From positions 4,672,001 to 4,736,000 of the forward strand of contig OZ242351.1 in the NCBI GenBank assembly GCA_965208675.1: a DNA stretch of 64,000 nt, read 5' to 3'. A program made the position numbers and the translations under genes. The number at the start of each line of letters is the position of its first letter. Position 1 is the stretch's first letter. The notes beneath the pieces are model-generated. The model was not told the DNA's origin and did no database searches. It was given only the letters and a program-made list of their open reading frames with translations. The DNA comes from Candidatus Poribacteria bacterium (lineage in GTDB: Bacteria; Poribacteria; WGA-4E; PCPOR2b). This document shows, piece after piece, positions 50,576 through 60,723 of this stretch.

Positions 50576-52978
50576 TCACTCCTGCGATGGCGTCAGCATC
50601 GCAGCGATGTCCGCCGGTAGCTTCACCCCATTTCTCCGCTCGAAGTCCGGGACACTTACGTAGTCGCTATGAAATGAAGCGATAATATTTTTCCCCATGT
50701 CTCTGGCAATCATCAGATCTGATTTCGCTTTCTCCCATTCTCCTACGTGTAACCACGCCTCACCTCGATAATTATAGGCATTCGAATCATTGGGATTCAG
50801 TTCTATGGCTTTGGTGAAGTCTACGATGGCACTGTCATTCTCTCCGACTTTACGGTAAGCGACGCCGCGATTACAATAATAATGGGCCTCATCAGGTTTC
50901 AATTCTATTGCTACATTAAAGTCAACAATCGCGCAGTCCAATTGGCCTCTGCTGGCGAAAACAACACCGCGACTGTTATAGGCCAGGGCAAGGTCGGGTT
51001 TGAGTTGTATCGCTTTGGCATAGTCTGTGACGGCATGCTTAGAATCACTTTTGTTCCTGTAAGCATTGCCACGATTGTAATAAGCTATAGTATAATTGGG
51101 ATCGAGTTCTATTGCTTTGGTGTAGTCTGTGATAGCGCGGTCATGATTATCCTTCTGATCGTAGGCATTGCCGCGATTGAAATAGGCTTCGGGATAATCG
51201 GGTTTGAGTTGTATCGCTTTGTCGTAGTCTGCGATGGCACGGTCATTATCGCCCTTGTTGAAATGTGCCCTGCCTCGATAATAATATGCTAAGGCTTCCC
51301 TTGGTTCCATGTCTATCACTTGAGTATAGTCTGCAACAGCGCAATTATAATCGCCGATATTATAATAAGCCATGCCTCGACAAAAATAAGCCTCAGTATA
51401 ATCGGATTTTAGTTGTAAGGCTTTTCCGAAGTCGGCTACGGCCGAGTCAAAATTGTTCATATCATTGTAAGTAGATCCACGGTAGAAAAAAGAGTTCGCG
51501 TTGTAGGGGTTGAGTTGTATCGCGCTGCTAAAGTTCGAAATTGCCAATTCGAAATGGTGCTCTCTGGCGTGAACCATGCCACTCCTGAAAAAGGCTTCCT
51601 CATCTTTGGGATTCAGTTGGAGAGTTTTAGTATAGTCTTGAATGGCACGGTCTGAAGCGCCGTTATCGTCGAAAGCAACACCACGCCTGAAATAGGCTTC
51701 CCCGTAATCGTGTTCCAACTCTATCGCAGTGTTATAGTCTTCAATGGCGCGGTTAAGTTCGCCCTTGGCACTGTAGGCATTACCGCGATTGTAATAGGCG
51801 TTTGCATAATCGGATTTGAGGTGGATCGCCCAACTAAAGTCTGAAATAGCCGCATTATACTGATTTTTCTTGGCCTTAGCAACTCCGCGATTGTTGTAAG
51901 CCTTGGCACAATTTGGGTTAAGTTTTATTGAGGTGTTGAAATCGGCAATGGCCGAGTCATGTTCGTTTCTGTCATTATAAACAGTGCCGCGATTGTTATA
52001 AGTTTCGGCACTATTAGGGTTGAGTTCCAACGCTTTGTTATAGTCTTCGATGGCGTGGTTAAGTTCTCCAATACTACTGTAAGCCGCTCCGCGATTGCTA
52101 TACGCCTCAACAAAAGCGGGGTAGAGTTGTATCGCAATTTTGAAATCTTCAATATCGGCGCTATGCTCCCCCAGATGATTGAAGGCAACGCCGCGATTGT
52201 TATAAACTGGGGACAGTTCCAAATTCAGTCTTAGGACATTGGTGTAATGACTAATGGCTTCTTTGCATGCCTTTCGTGCTTCTTTAGAGGTCTTTGCTTT
52301 GGCCGCTTCACGCTGTAATCTAAGCCCTCTATAATACTCTCTGTATGCTATTCCATTATCGCTCTGGCTTCTAATAAATCCATGGATATCTTTGTAAATG
52401 GTCTTGGCAGATACTTCGTCTTCCAGCACCTCCCGTAGATATTTCAATATGAGTAGTTTCACGACTGATGGAATACAGATTTCCTTATATTCCAACTCAA
52501 TATAACCCTTCGGTGGTTCAACGAATACGCTCTTTTGGGCACGGACGCGAACTTCTGGTGTTTGGGGCTTGTGGCGGATTTTCTCTAATTCATCCGTTTC
52601 CTGCAATATAATTACTCTGCCACATTCAGCCGGCGTTCCATAACAAGCAAAGAAGAGGGCAACGGTATAGTCAGTTGTAAAATCAATTAAGTTGGTTTTA
52701 CCGCCATAGTGCTGGATTTCAGTGAGGATGTCAAAATATTCTGTTTTGTCTGTATACTCTTTTGCCTCCGCTACAATGGAGTCCTGGATTTCCTTTAAGT
52801 TAGAGTATCTAGCATTAACATTTTCTAGCTCGCGGTATAGGTTCGAAGATATTTTCTCATAGCATTCAGGTTCACCGCGGAAGATGTAAGAACCGTCTGC
52901 AGATTTTTCCTCTATAGCGTGGACGATGTCCTGAACTGTGCGGGGCATATCATTGGAGGTATTGGATCGATTTGACAT
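50576..52978 (-). CDS. FRG-domain protein with ~15 TPRs
   Basis: YIFRGE, QHYGGKTNLIDFT.D..VALFFAC, R..AQKSVF; long TPR array. Confidence 0.92.
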   Translation of the reverse strand: MSNRSNTSNDMPRTVQDIVHAIEEKSADGSYIFRGEPECYEKISSNLYRELENVNARYSNLKEIQDSIVAEAKEYTDKTEYFDILTEIQHYGGKTNLIDFTTDYTVALFFACYGTPAECGRVIILQETDELEKIRHKPQTPEVRVRAQKSVFVEPPKGYIELEYKEICIPSVVKLLILKYLREVLEDEVSAKTIYKDIHGFIRSQSDNGIAYREYYRGLRLQREAAKAKTSKEARKACKEAISHYTNVLRLNLELSPVYNNRGVAFNHLGEHSADIEDFKIAIQLYPAFVEAYSNRGAAYSSIGELNHAIEDYNKALELNPNSAETYNNRGTVYNDRNEHDSAIADFNTSIKLNPNCAKAYNNRGVAKAKKNQYNAAISDFSWAIHLKSDYANAYYNRGNAYSAKGELNRAIEDYNTAIELEHDYGEAYFRRGVAFDDNGASDRAIQDYTKTLQLNPKDEEAFFRSGMVHAREHHFELAISNFSSAIQLNPYNANSFFYRGSTYNDMNNFDSAVADFGKALQLKSDYTEAYFCRGMAYYNIGDYNCAVADYTQVIDMEPREALAYYYRGRAHFNKGDNDRAIADYDKAIQLKPDYPEAYFNRGNAYDQKDNHDRAITDYTKAIELDPNYTIAYYNRGNAYRNKSDSKHAVTDYAKAIQLKPDLALAYNSRGVVFASRGQLDCAIVDFNVAIELKPDEAHYYCNRGVAYRKVGENDSAIVDFTKAIELNPNDSNAYNYRGEAWLHVGEWEKAKSDLMIARDMGKNIIASFHSDYVSVPDFERRNGVKLPADIAAMLTPSQE

Positions 52979-53097
52979 TTCTATTCATCCTCCTGCAGGA
53001 TGCTGATTTCCTTATTGTCCGAATCGCAGATTGCCGCGGATTAAAGGATTACATGGATTTATATGTCCGCTGTCAGCTTCATCCATCAATCCTTGAT

Positions 53098-56000
53098 TTA
53101 AACGGTATTTTCCTCCACAATCGCAATTTCTTCAGGGGTTAGATCGTACAATGAGTATACAACCTGATCAATCTCATTTTCAAGTTCGGATACATCGGCG
53201 TCTGGGTCGGCGCGTTTGGCAGCGAGGATTTTATTAACTAGGTTACTGATAAATGATTTCTGCGCCGAATTGGCAGCAGGGATTGGAATCTGTCTCATGT
53301 AGTCGCTAAATGCGCGAAGTGCCGCCCCTCCCAATCTATTCGACACCAGCGAATAAAACCACTCCACAGATTTAGAATTAAGTAATCCACATAGCCAAGT
53401 TTCCTCTGTAGGGATAAAATAACAGGAATTACTACAGAAGAAACCAGTCGTATCAACTGTGAAACTTTGGTGTTGGAATATATCAGGATAAACAACTTTC
53501 GGTAGCAGGAAATCACGCCAATAATCTGATGCATATCGACTTAGAGCATACCACGGAACACGCCCTTGTTTTACTTCTGGGCGTTTCTTTAATTTTCTCT
53601 CATACTTTTTCAGATAGGCAAAAATTGCGGGATACTCTTCAATTGGTAAATCCCATCCAACGTAACACAGGTAATGTCCTTTATCTTCAATTGTCCAGCG
53701 TTTCACGTCGCGTCCACGCAAAAATGGTTTTAACACTTGGATGGATGATGGATGATCCGCAATGAGTTGATTCTGCACCGGTTGGTCCACAACAAACGCT
53801 TCGTTCAAACCTGTTACAACACCGCGATAGAACCTTTCTTTCACATATTCTCCCAATGGTATACCCACTTTGCGGAGTATATCCAACAGATTCAATACGG
53901 CGGGAGGTGCGAGCTGCCATCCGTCAGCGGTTAAGGCATTTTGTGGCATTTTAAATCTCTGCCTCCGAAAAACTGTCCCAAGTTCGTCAATGGGCGGTCC
54001 CGGTTGCCAATTCAGAGCGCTAAGATGGTTCGCGTCAGAGAGGGTCTTGGACATAGTAATAATGCTAGCATCTACACCGGCCGAAAATACGCGACCCGCG
54101 CCAAAGTCAATGATATTGGAAAATGTACAATTACGAGTGAGAAATCCACGAAGTTTCTTGCCGTAGGCAGAACGGAAATATTTATTAGAAGAGATGTAGG
54201 TCAAGACTCCGTTGTTTCGGAGCAGCCGGCAGCCCTGTTCATAGAAATAGACGTAGAGATCTGCTACACCTGAATAACAGTCGTATAGGGTTTTTAGCGT
54301 CGGTTTCAGTGCTTTAATTTTCTCCTGGCGTACGTACGGTGGATTGCCGATTACGACGTCAAATCCGTCCTTGATACTGAACATCCATTCGGGATTAAAA
54401 AAGCGAGCTACGGAATTCTGGTCATAAGGGTCCCAATCTGCAATTTCACGCGCGGCCTCGCTTGACAGTCCTAAATCACTTAGTATTCCACTAATTTCTG
54501 TACGGAGTTCTGCATCGCGTTCGCGATAGCGCTTTTTTGTGGCGGGAGTGCGTGCCGTGAAGTGTCTCCGGCGAACCTCTTGCAGTTCATCTTCTCTTTT
54601 TCGAATCTCTGAATCTCGGAGCGTCCGTTGACCTGTAATATCAATCAATGTGTTTGCTGCCACAAACTTGGTTTCTAGATTTGGTAGCGGACGTACCCCA
54701 CGATTTTCCTGAGAGTCGTCCATCTTCTGATTCACCACTAGCGATATAAAGAATCGGAGTTTTGCAATTTGCACGGCGATAGGCTGTATATCCACACCAT
54801 AGATGCAGTTTTCGATGAGGTAGAGTTTCCGTCCGTAATCCAGTTCATTCCGTTCAAACGCCTCGTTGATGTTGTCAATTTCGCGCTCTAGGTCGTGGAC
54901 AGTATTCTCACGTACCGTGCTATCGTCAATCTGTTCTGCGATTTTGATGGTGCGATTCACTTTGTCAATCTGCCGCTGTCGCCACTGCTCGTTGCCCGGG
55001 TCAAGTTTCCCCAAGATAAACACCAGTTTGTGCAGCACACCCATCGGAAAGGCACCGGAACCGCAAGCGGGGTCAAGTATTCTGAGGGAGTCAACTGCGT
55101 TTATCAACGCTTCAGTTTCGTCGTCGTTAAAACGGTGCGGTTCGTCATTATAGGCGAGAAGATGCCGGAGGTTAGCTTCTATTTGGTCTTTTTGCTCATC
55201 AGAGAGTTTTACTCCACGAGCATCAAATTGCGTTTGGACAGGTTCTACACGCCCATCCAAATCCAGTTGCGCGGACGGGGCAGTCGGGGCAAGGGCGTTA
55301 CGGGATTCGTGATAGGCGATGCATTTATGCTTTAGGTAGGCAATGAGTGATTCATCGGTCATGTAGTTGACGATTTCACGGGGGGTGTAGTAGGAGCCAC
55401 TCTGCTTACGGGCAGAAGTACCGGTTTCGGGGTTATAGGCGGCGAGCAGGTTCTCAAACACTTTGCCGAGCAGTTCCGGGTCAAGTGCAACCTCCTCTTC
55501 GATTGGCGTATTCTCGGCAACCGTGAATTTGTACCTATCGAGAATATTGATCAGGCCGCGTACTTTGTAATCCTTGCCGCGTGTGCCGTAAGCGGCGTTG
55601 AGGTCAACGCTTTGTTCATCGGAGAAGAATAGGAAATTTGGGACAATTAACGGGTTTTTTTTATGGTCGGAAAAGCCATCAACGCGTAGAATTTTTTTAG
55701 GGACATCTTTGTCTTCCTTGTCCAGACATTCAAACAAACCGCCGTTAAGGAAAGGAATGTCACCAAAATGTTTGAACGCGCTTTGCTTATCCTTGAAACA
55801 ATTTTCGTACCGGTATAGGGAATGCGCCATGTAGTTTTGATCTCTATCGCCTGATTGCTTCGCCTGAATCCTGAATTTGCGGTTATTGGGTTTTTCTTCG
55901 GTGTTCATTTCCTGATTCAGTGTAGCGAAGAACAGGTTCTGTAGGATAGCCTTGTAGTAGGTACTCTGCTCGGGTTCCGTGTTATCAAGGATTTTTGCAA

Positions 56001-56862
56001 TTTCCCTTGGGTAAAAGAGCGCATCCGAAATTAACCCTTTTTCCTTGATGAACCAGACGAAAATCAGCCGTGTTATCAGCCGGATCACGCTGGTGGCGTT
56101 ACGCACCTCGAAATCTTTCCCTGCATCTTCAGGGAAAGTTACTTGATTAACCGCCCAAAAATACCAGTTCGCAATCTCTTTGAAGAAGCGTTTGTTGAGT
56201 ACCTCAGTGTCGAGCGTCTTTTTCCACGCTTCATGCAACGCCGCGAAGTCCGTGAAACCGTGCTGGCGCTGCAGTTGACTTAGTGACAGATCGAATTAGA
56301 TCTCAATGTGTGCGCGGTGGGGGTTAGGGAATTCGATGTCTTTAATGAGGGTCACCTTTTCGAGGACATCTTTGGATAGGTCGCGTTTGTGCAACCGGCG
56401 GTCGATTACAGCGAAGGTGAGCGTATCACCGTGCTGGAAAAGGACCAGGGCGGGTATCATAAACAGTCTGTTGATTTCGCGAGTGATATCCGACAGTTGG
56501 GTGCGGGTGTATTCGCACTTTTGTAGTTTTAGGGCGAAGAAGAGGTAGGATTCAATACGGATTTTATCTACAACGTTGCCTTCGAAGCCAAATGTAGTTT
56601 GGGTGCTCTGGACGATTTCCTCCTCAGTCAGTTGGAAGAGGAAGTCGATTGATTCCCACTCGCTTACTAGACCACGTTCCCGGTTCATCGTGTTATCTGA
56701 GTCGAAGTGCTCAACAAAGTTGTCGGCGGTATTCGGTTCAAGGGATAGCGTCCGTTGGCTTCGGTAGCCGAGGATGTTGAGAAGATTTCGGGCGTTGTCG
56801 GCGTGGTCGACGTTCGTGAAGCGTTGTAGGGCTGTTTTGATTTCTTGTTTGGATGTGGTCAT
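53098..56862 (-). pseudogene. Eco57I-like type II R-M N6-adenine methyltransferase split by one in-frame TAA
   Basis: ORFs 56296-56862 and 53098-56238 share a frame (PHRAHIEI*FDLSLSQLQRQHGFTDFAALHEAW); FLNGGLF, GSYYTPRE, LDPACGSGAF, IGNPPY, TaqI_C-like TRD. Confidence 0.88.
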
Positions 56863-56894
56863 TCTTTAGGTTCTCCGCAAGGAAATCATGATTC

Positions 56895-58345
56895 TAAGGG
56901 CAGGCACGAGACCTGCCCCTACAAATGGATTTTGTCAATTCCTGTAGGGGCAATCCTTGTGGTTGCCCTTTTGTCGTCGGGAATCGGAATTTCGTCCTAC
57001 CGAGACGATCCTGTAGGAGCGAATTCTGAATCGCGACACGGATTGTTAATTCTTCCCGTTCGACAGAATCTGTCTGTATATGAACCTCCCCTAGCCCCTC
57101 CTTGGTAAGGAGGGGAATGGTGTTTGCGTTCGGTTCTCATTCAACCACTCGCCTGTATGTGTATCGTAATAATCCTCCCCGTTACTAAACGGGAGTTAGA
57201 CTGGTTGGTGGCGAATCGTCGGGAATCGGGAAGACTATCGCCTTCGCTATTCGCTCAGTTGATCCCGTTGGCAATGGGATCAACCGAGTGAATAACGAGG
57301 GCTATGGTCCTCTCTAAAGCTCACGCAAGCTGACAACTCTCAACATCTTTACAAGAATAAACATGAAAAGCGTTGGGTTACGCTAGCTTTTGATAAATTT
57401 TGAAATTCATTTATTTGGCGAAACCGATGGGGTATTTGAGCTATATTTCACAAAACCCGCTCAACCCAACCTACAAAAACCAAAAAAACTGATTTACTTA
57501 TTTTGTGAGCATTTGGTATATGCAAAAAAGCACCAAATACCGCCTAAACCTAGACAGGGTGCGGGTTTAGGGCGTTGAGCATTTGAAAAAATAAGTTGAG
57601 AATACTCATTTTTCGACATCTTCCCACTGATAAAAAACGTTGAGTTAATACGCCCCGCCTGGTTCTCCCTTAACTACGAAATCAACCGAGCGAATAGCGA
57701 GGGCGTAGTCCTCTTTACAGTTCACGCATGTTCACAACTCTCAACATCATTACAAGAATAAACATGAAAAGCGTTGGGTTTCGCCTTCGGCTCTACCCAA
57801 CCTACGAAAGCAAAACAAATTTGCTCATTATGTGAGCATTTGGTTATGCAAAAAAGTGCCAAATAGGGCTTAACGCTAGACAGGGTGCGGGTTTCGGGCG
57901 TTGAGCATTTGTGAGCATTTGAAAAAATAAGTTGAGAATGCTCATTTTTCGACATGTTCGCACGAAAAAAAATGTTGGGTTAAAGACAAGACTATCGTCT
58001 TCGCTATTCGCTCAGTTGATCCCTCCTACCAATACAGCTCTGTAGGAGCGATTTCCGAATCGCGACACAGATTGTTAATTCTTCCCGTTCGACAGAATCC
58101 GTCTGTATATGAACCTCCCCTAACCCCTCCTTGGTAAGGAGGGGAATGATACGTTTTTTCGGTTCTCATTCAACCGTTCGGCTGTGCGTGTCTTGATAAT
58201 CCTCCCCTTTACTAAGGGGGAGCTAGAGGGGGTTGGTTGCGTATGGTTGGGAATCGGGAAGACTATCGCCTTCGCTATTCGCTCAGTTGATCCCTCCTTG
58301 CTAAGGAGGGGAATGAGGCTTGTGTTCAGTTCTTATTCAACCTCC
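56895..58345. repeat. 1.45-kb non-coding mosaic of REP/REPIN modules and duplications
   Basis: 57010-57265 resembles 58040-58295; 57280-57620 resembles 57681-57955; GTAG-type hairpin pair at 56898-56969. Confidence 0.9.
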
Positions 58346-58393
58346 CATTTTGTTAGGATTAGGATGGAATTGTAGGTTAATTCGGTTGCATAA

Positions 58394-59674
58394 TCACCTC
58401 GTGTCGAGATGGGTGGTGTACCAGAGGCTGCCTGTTGGAATCTCCTCTGAATCACGGTTGCGTACTGCGGGATCGTCGCTGGCTCGGCGGATTGTGGAGT
58501 AGCCGTCCTCGCCCTTGTCTAGGATCCAGACCTCTTGCGGTTCTAACAGATCGACAAAATACGGTTGATGGGTCGTAATGAAGACTTGGGATCCGCCTCT
58601 GCGTCCGGTGACGTATTCACGAAACTGTTTGGCGAGCGATTCCAAGAGTTTGTGGTACAAGCCGTTTTCCGGTTCTTCGATACAGAGGAACGGAGGCGGC
58701 GCCGGGTCTTTTAGCAGCAGCAAATAGGCGAATAGCTTAAGTGTTCCGTCGGACATCTGCTGGGCGTAAAACGGCGCCTGAAAGCCTTTGTCGTTGAACC
58801 TGAGCAGCAGACGCCCGTCACTGGTTCTTTCCGTGTCGATTTGGTCTACCCCCGGAATCTTGTCGGCAATCTCTTTGAGTATGGCACCGAATCGGCGCGG
58901 ATGTTCGCGTTCCATGAATTGGACGACGTTGCCGAGGTTATCGCCGTGAATGTTGAGATGCTGCTGGGGACCGGCGCGCGGCAGGCTGCGCGCCGCGTCC
59001 GGAGTAAAGTAGCTGAGATACCAGCCTTCAATGAATTGCCGGAAAGCCGAGATTCGCGGGTGTTGTTTCAGCGCGCCGAGCGTGGCGATGCCGAGCTTGC
59101 TCCGATCTTCCAATTCGATGATTTCGGTCTGGCTGGATTCATCCGCAATAATCAGTTTGATGAGTTCCGGGAAGTCGAGTTGCTCCATCTTTTCGTCAAT
59201 CTGATGACCCGCCTGTTCGCCCTTCCACGCGACGCCTTTGCCGCCGTTCAGGAACAAGAACGAGAATGGGCGGCCGTATTTCTGGCCTTTGCGCCTCTGT
59301 CTGAGGCGCTCTTTCAACACATACGGGCGCCCGGTCTCCTCTACCGCGATGGCGATCTCGTAGGTCATGGGCCGGGCGTTTCCGTGCTCTCTATAGTATA
59401 CCTCAAACTCGATGGGCTCCAACTCGCCTTGGGTACGGATCTGCTCGAACCCGCCGCGTGCGCGTGTACCGCACGCCTCCGCTACGCCGGACTTGAGGGC
59501 GTCTGCAAGGAATCCGAACGCATCGAAAAGCGCGCTTTTGCCGACGCCGTTCTTGCCAATGACCGCGGTCATGAGCGTGAGCGGTTGTATTTCCCGTTGG
59601 TTCCAAAGGCGCCCCAACGTCACATCTTTGAGTACCTTGAAGTTTTTTACTCTGAAGCCTTCGATTTTTGCCAT
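58394..59674 (-). CDS. ABC/SMC-like ATPase (AAA_21 type)
   Basis: IEGFRVKNFKVL, GKNGVGKS, MSDGT, IEEPENGL, FITTHQPY. Confidence 0.92.
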   Translation of the reverse strand: MAKIEGFRVKNFKVLKDVTLGRLWNQREIQPLTLMTAVIGKNGVGKSALFDAFGFLADALKSGVAEACGTRARGGFEQIRTQGELEPIEFEVYYREHGNARPMTYEIAIAVEETGRPYVLKERLRQRRKGQKYGRPFSFLFLNGGKGVAWKGEQAGHQIDEKMEQLDFPELIKLIIADESSQTEIIELEDRSKLGIATLGALKQHPRISAFRQFIEGWYLSYFTPDAARSLPRAGPQQHLNIHGDNLGNVVQFMEREHPRRFGAILKEIADKIPGVDQIDTERTSDGRLLLRFNDKGFQAPFYAQQMSDGTLKLFAYLLLLKDPAPPPFLCIEEPENGLYHKLLESLAKQFREYVTGRRGGSQVFITTHQPYFVDLLEPQEVWILDKGEDGYSTIRRASDDPAVRNRDSEEIPTGSLWYTTHLDTR

Positions 59675-59721
59675 GATACTGTGTTGGTTGGTGGAGCGTG
59701 ATTGATTCTGCGGCTACAAAA

Positions 59722-60723
59722 CTACGCTAATGTCACCCGCACCATTATCTTTTCTGCTAATTCTTTGAAATCACGACGAGCGGCGTTGGCAGCAGCGGCG
59801 TGACTGCCGATAGCTCCGTCGGCTGAAGTAAGGTGAAAAATTGGTTTTCGCGCTTCCTGTGCCATTGGCACCAAGCTCCAGTAGTGCTTAACAGTGGCGA
59901 GGGCGTGCGCTTTGTCTTGTTCCGGCGTCTGAGGGTAAGGTCCGTCGTTGTCATTGAGCAGGTTTCGTGCATATTCCTCCGGCATGCGGTTGACCCATTT
60001 GTTATACGCTTTAACAGGACGCTCCAAGCGGACGCCGTGCTGCTGTACCACATAACCAATCGGTTGAATTAATCCGCTGGGTATAGGTAGGTCAGAGACA
60101 GGGTTGCGGTCGTATCTATCCAACCACCCATTGCGCCAATCGTGCAGCGTTGGACCGAGGTTGCGCAACCCTTGAAGCGAGAGTAGATCTGATCCAAGTG
60201 GAACGATAACGTAATCTGTCGCCACTAGCACTGCCCTATTCAAAGCGCCCAAATTTGGGCCGGCATCTACCAAAACTATCTCGACCTGATTGCTTTTCGC
60301 CGCGTTTTGCACAATACGCCATAACGCCGAAATTACCCGGAAAGCACGAGGGCGCTTATCGAGGCATTCTTGCCATTGGCTGGAAAGTTCATCTTCTGTG
60401 GCTGATAAAGTGAGGTCCCCCACGATGAGACTCAATTCCGGCGTTATAATCTCCAAATGAGGTTTTTCAATGTCGCCAGTTCCGTCTAAAAGCGGTTCAA
60501 GTGCACTATAGATGGACTTTCGGGGTCCATTGTCGGGCCAGAGTATTTCTAGTTGGTCTCCATTGATAAACATGCTCGTAAGGTTTGCCTGCGGGTCGAG
60601 ATCACAGGCAAGGACGCGGTGACCGATGTCGGAAAGCATCCACGCCAGGTGATAAACAAGGGAGGTCTTGCCAACACCACTCTTATTGTTGAAAAATGTC
60701 AAAACTGGAACGGGCATTGTCAT
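59722..60723 (-). CDS. ParA/MinD-like ATPase
   Basis: FFNNKSGVGKTS, DLDPQANLT, VDAGPNLG; start overlaps upstream stop (ATGA). Confidence 0.92.
   Translation of the reverse strand: MTMPVPVLTFFNNKSGVGKTSLVYHLAWMLSDIGHRVLACDLDPQANLTSMFINGDQLEILWPDNGPRKSIYSALEPLLDGTGDIEKPHLEIITPELSLIVGDLTLSATEDELSSQWQECLDKRPRAFRVISALWRIVQNAAKSNQVEIVLVDAGPNLGALNRAVLVATDYVIVPLGSDLLSLQGLRNLGPTLHDWRNGWLDRYDRNPVSDLPIPSGLIQPIGYVVQQHGVRLERPVKAYNKWVNRMPEEYARNLLNDNDGPYPQTPEQDKAHALATVKHYWSLVPMAQEARKPIFHLTSADGAIGSHAAAANAARRDFKELAEKIMVRVTLA

Larger units (their letters stand above)
46206..53059 (+). repeat. dispersed ~44-bp TGTCTGAATC-(GGATT)n repeat family, 9 direct copies plus 1 inverted
   Basis: Copies at ~46206, 46701, 48199, 48245, 48736, 48968, 50304 (inverted partner ending 50385), 50414 and 53016. 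Confidence 0.92.

Noticed and set aside
46206-53059. GGATT repeats as a CRISPR array or integron attC sites
   Set aside because: Spacing ranges from a few bp to 2.5 kb, there are no cas genes or tyrosine integrase in the window, and single copies lack attC-type RYYYAAC/GTTRRRY dyad structure.
46563-56298. Stop-codon reassignment or selenocysteine explaining in-frame stops
   Set aside because: Three different stop codons are involved, each one base from a plausible sense codon, and all three are used as normal terminators in this window.
57390-58375. Small ORFs within the repeat block (also 42319-42843 and 48702-49049)
   Set aside because: They are translations of repeat modules; peptides such as KTIAFAIRSVDP recur wherever the repeat occurs.
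58841-59701. 286-aa plus-strand ORF (likewise 61237-61968, 9014-9571 and ORFs opposite the WD40 gene)
   Set aside because: Antisense shadows of well-supported genes with no motifs of their own.
59722-60723. Plasmid or chromosome partition locus
   Set aside because: No parB, parS-like array or rep gene nearby; the context is defence-like.
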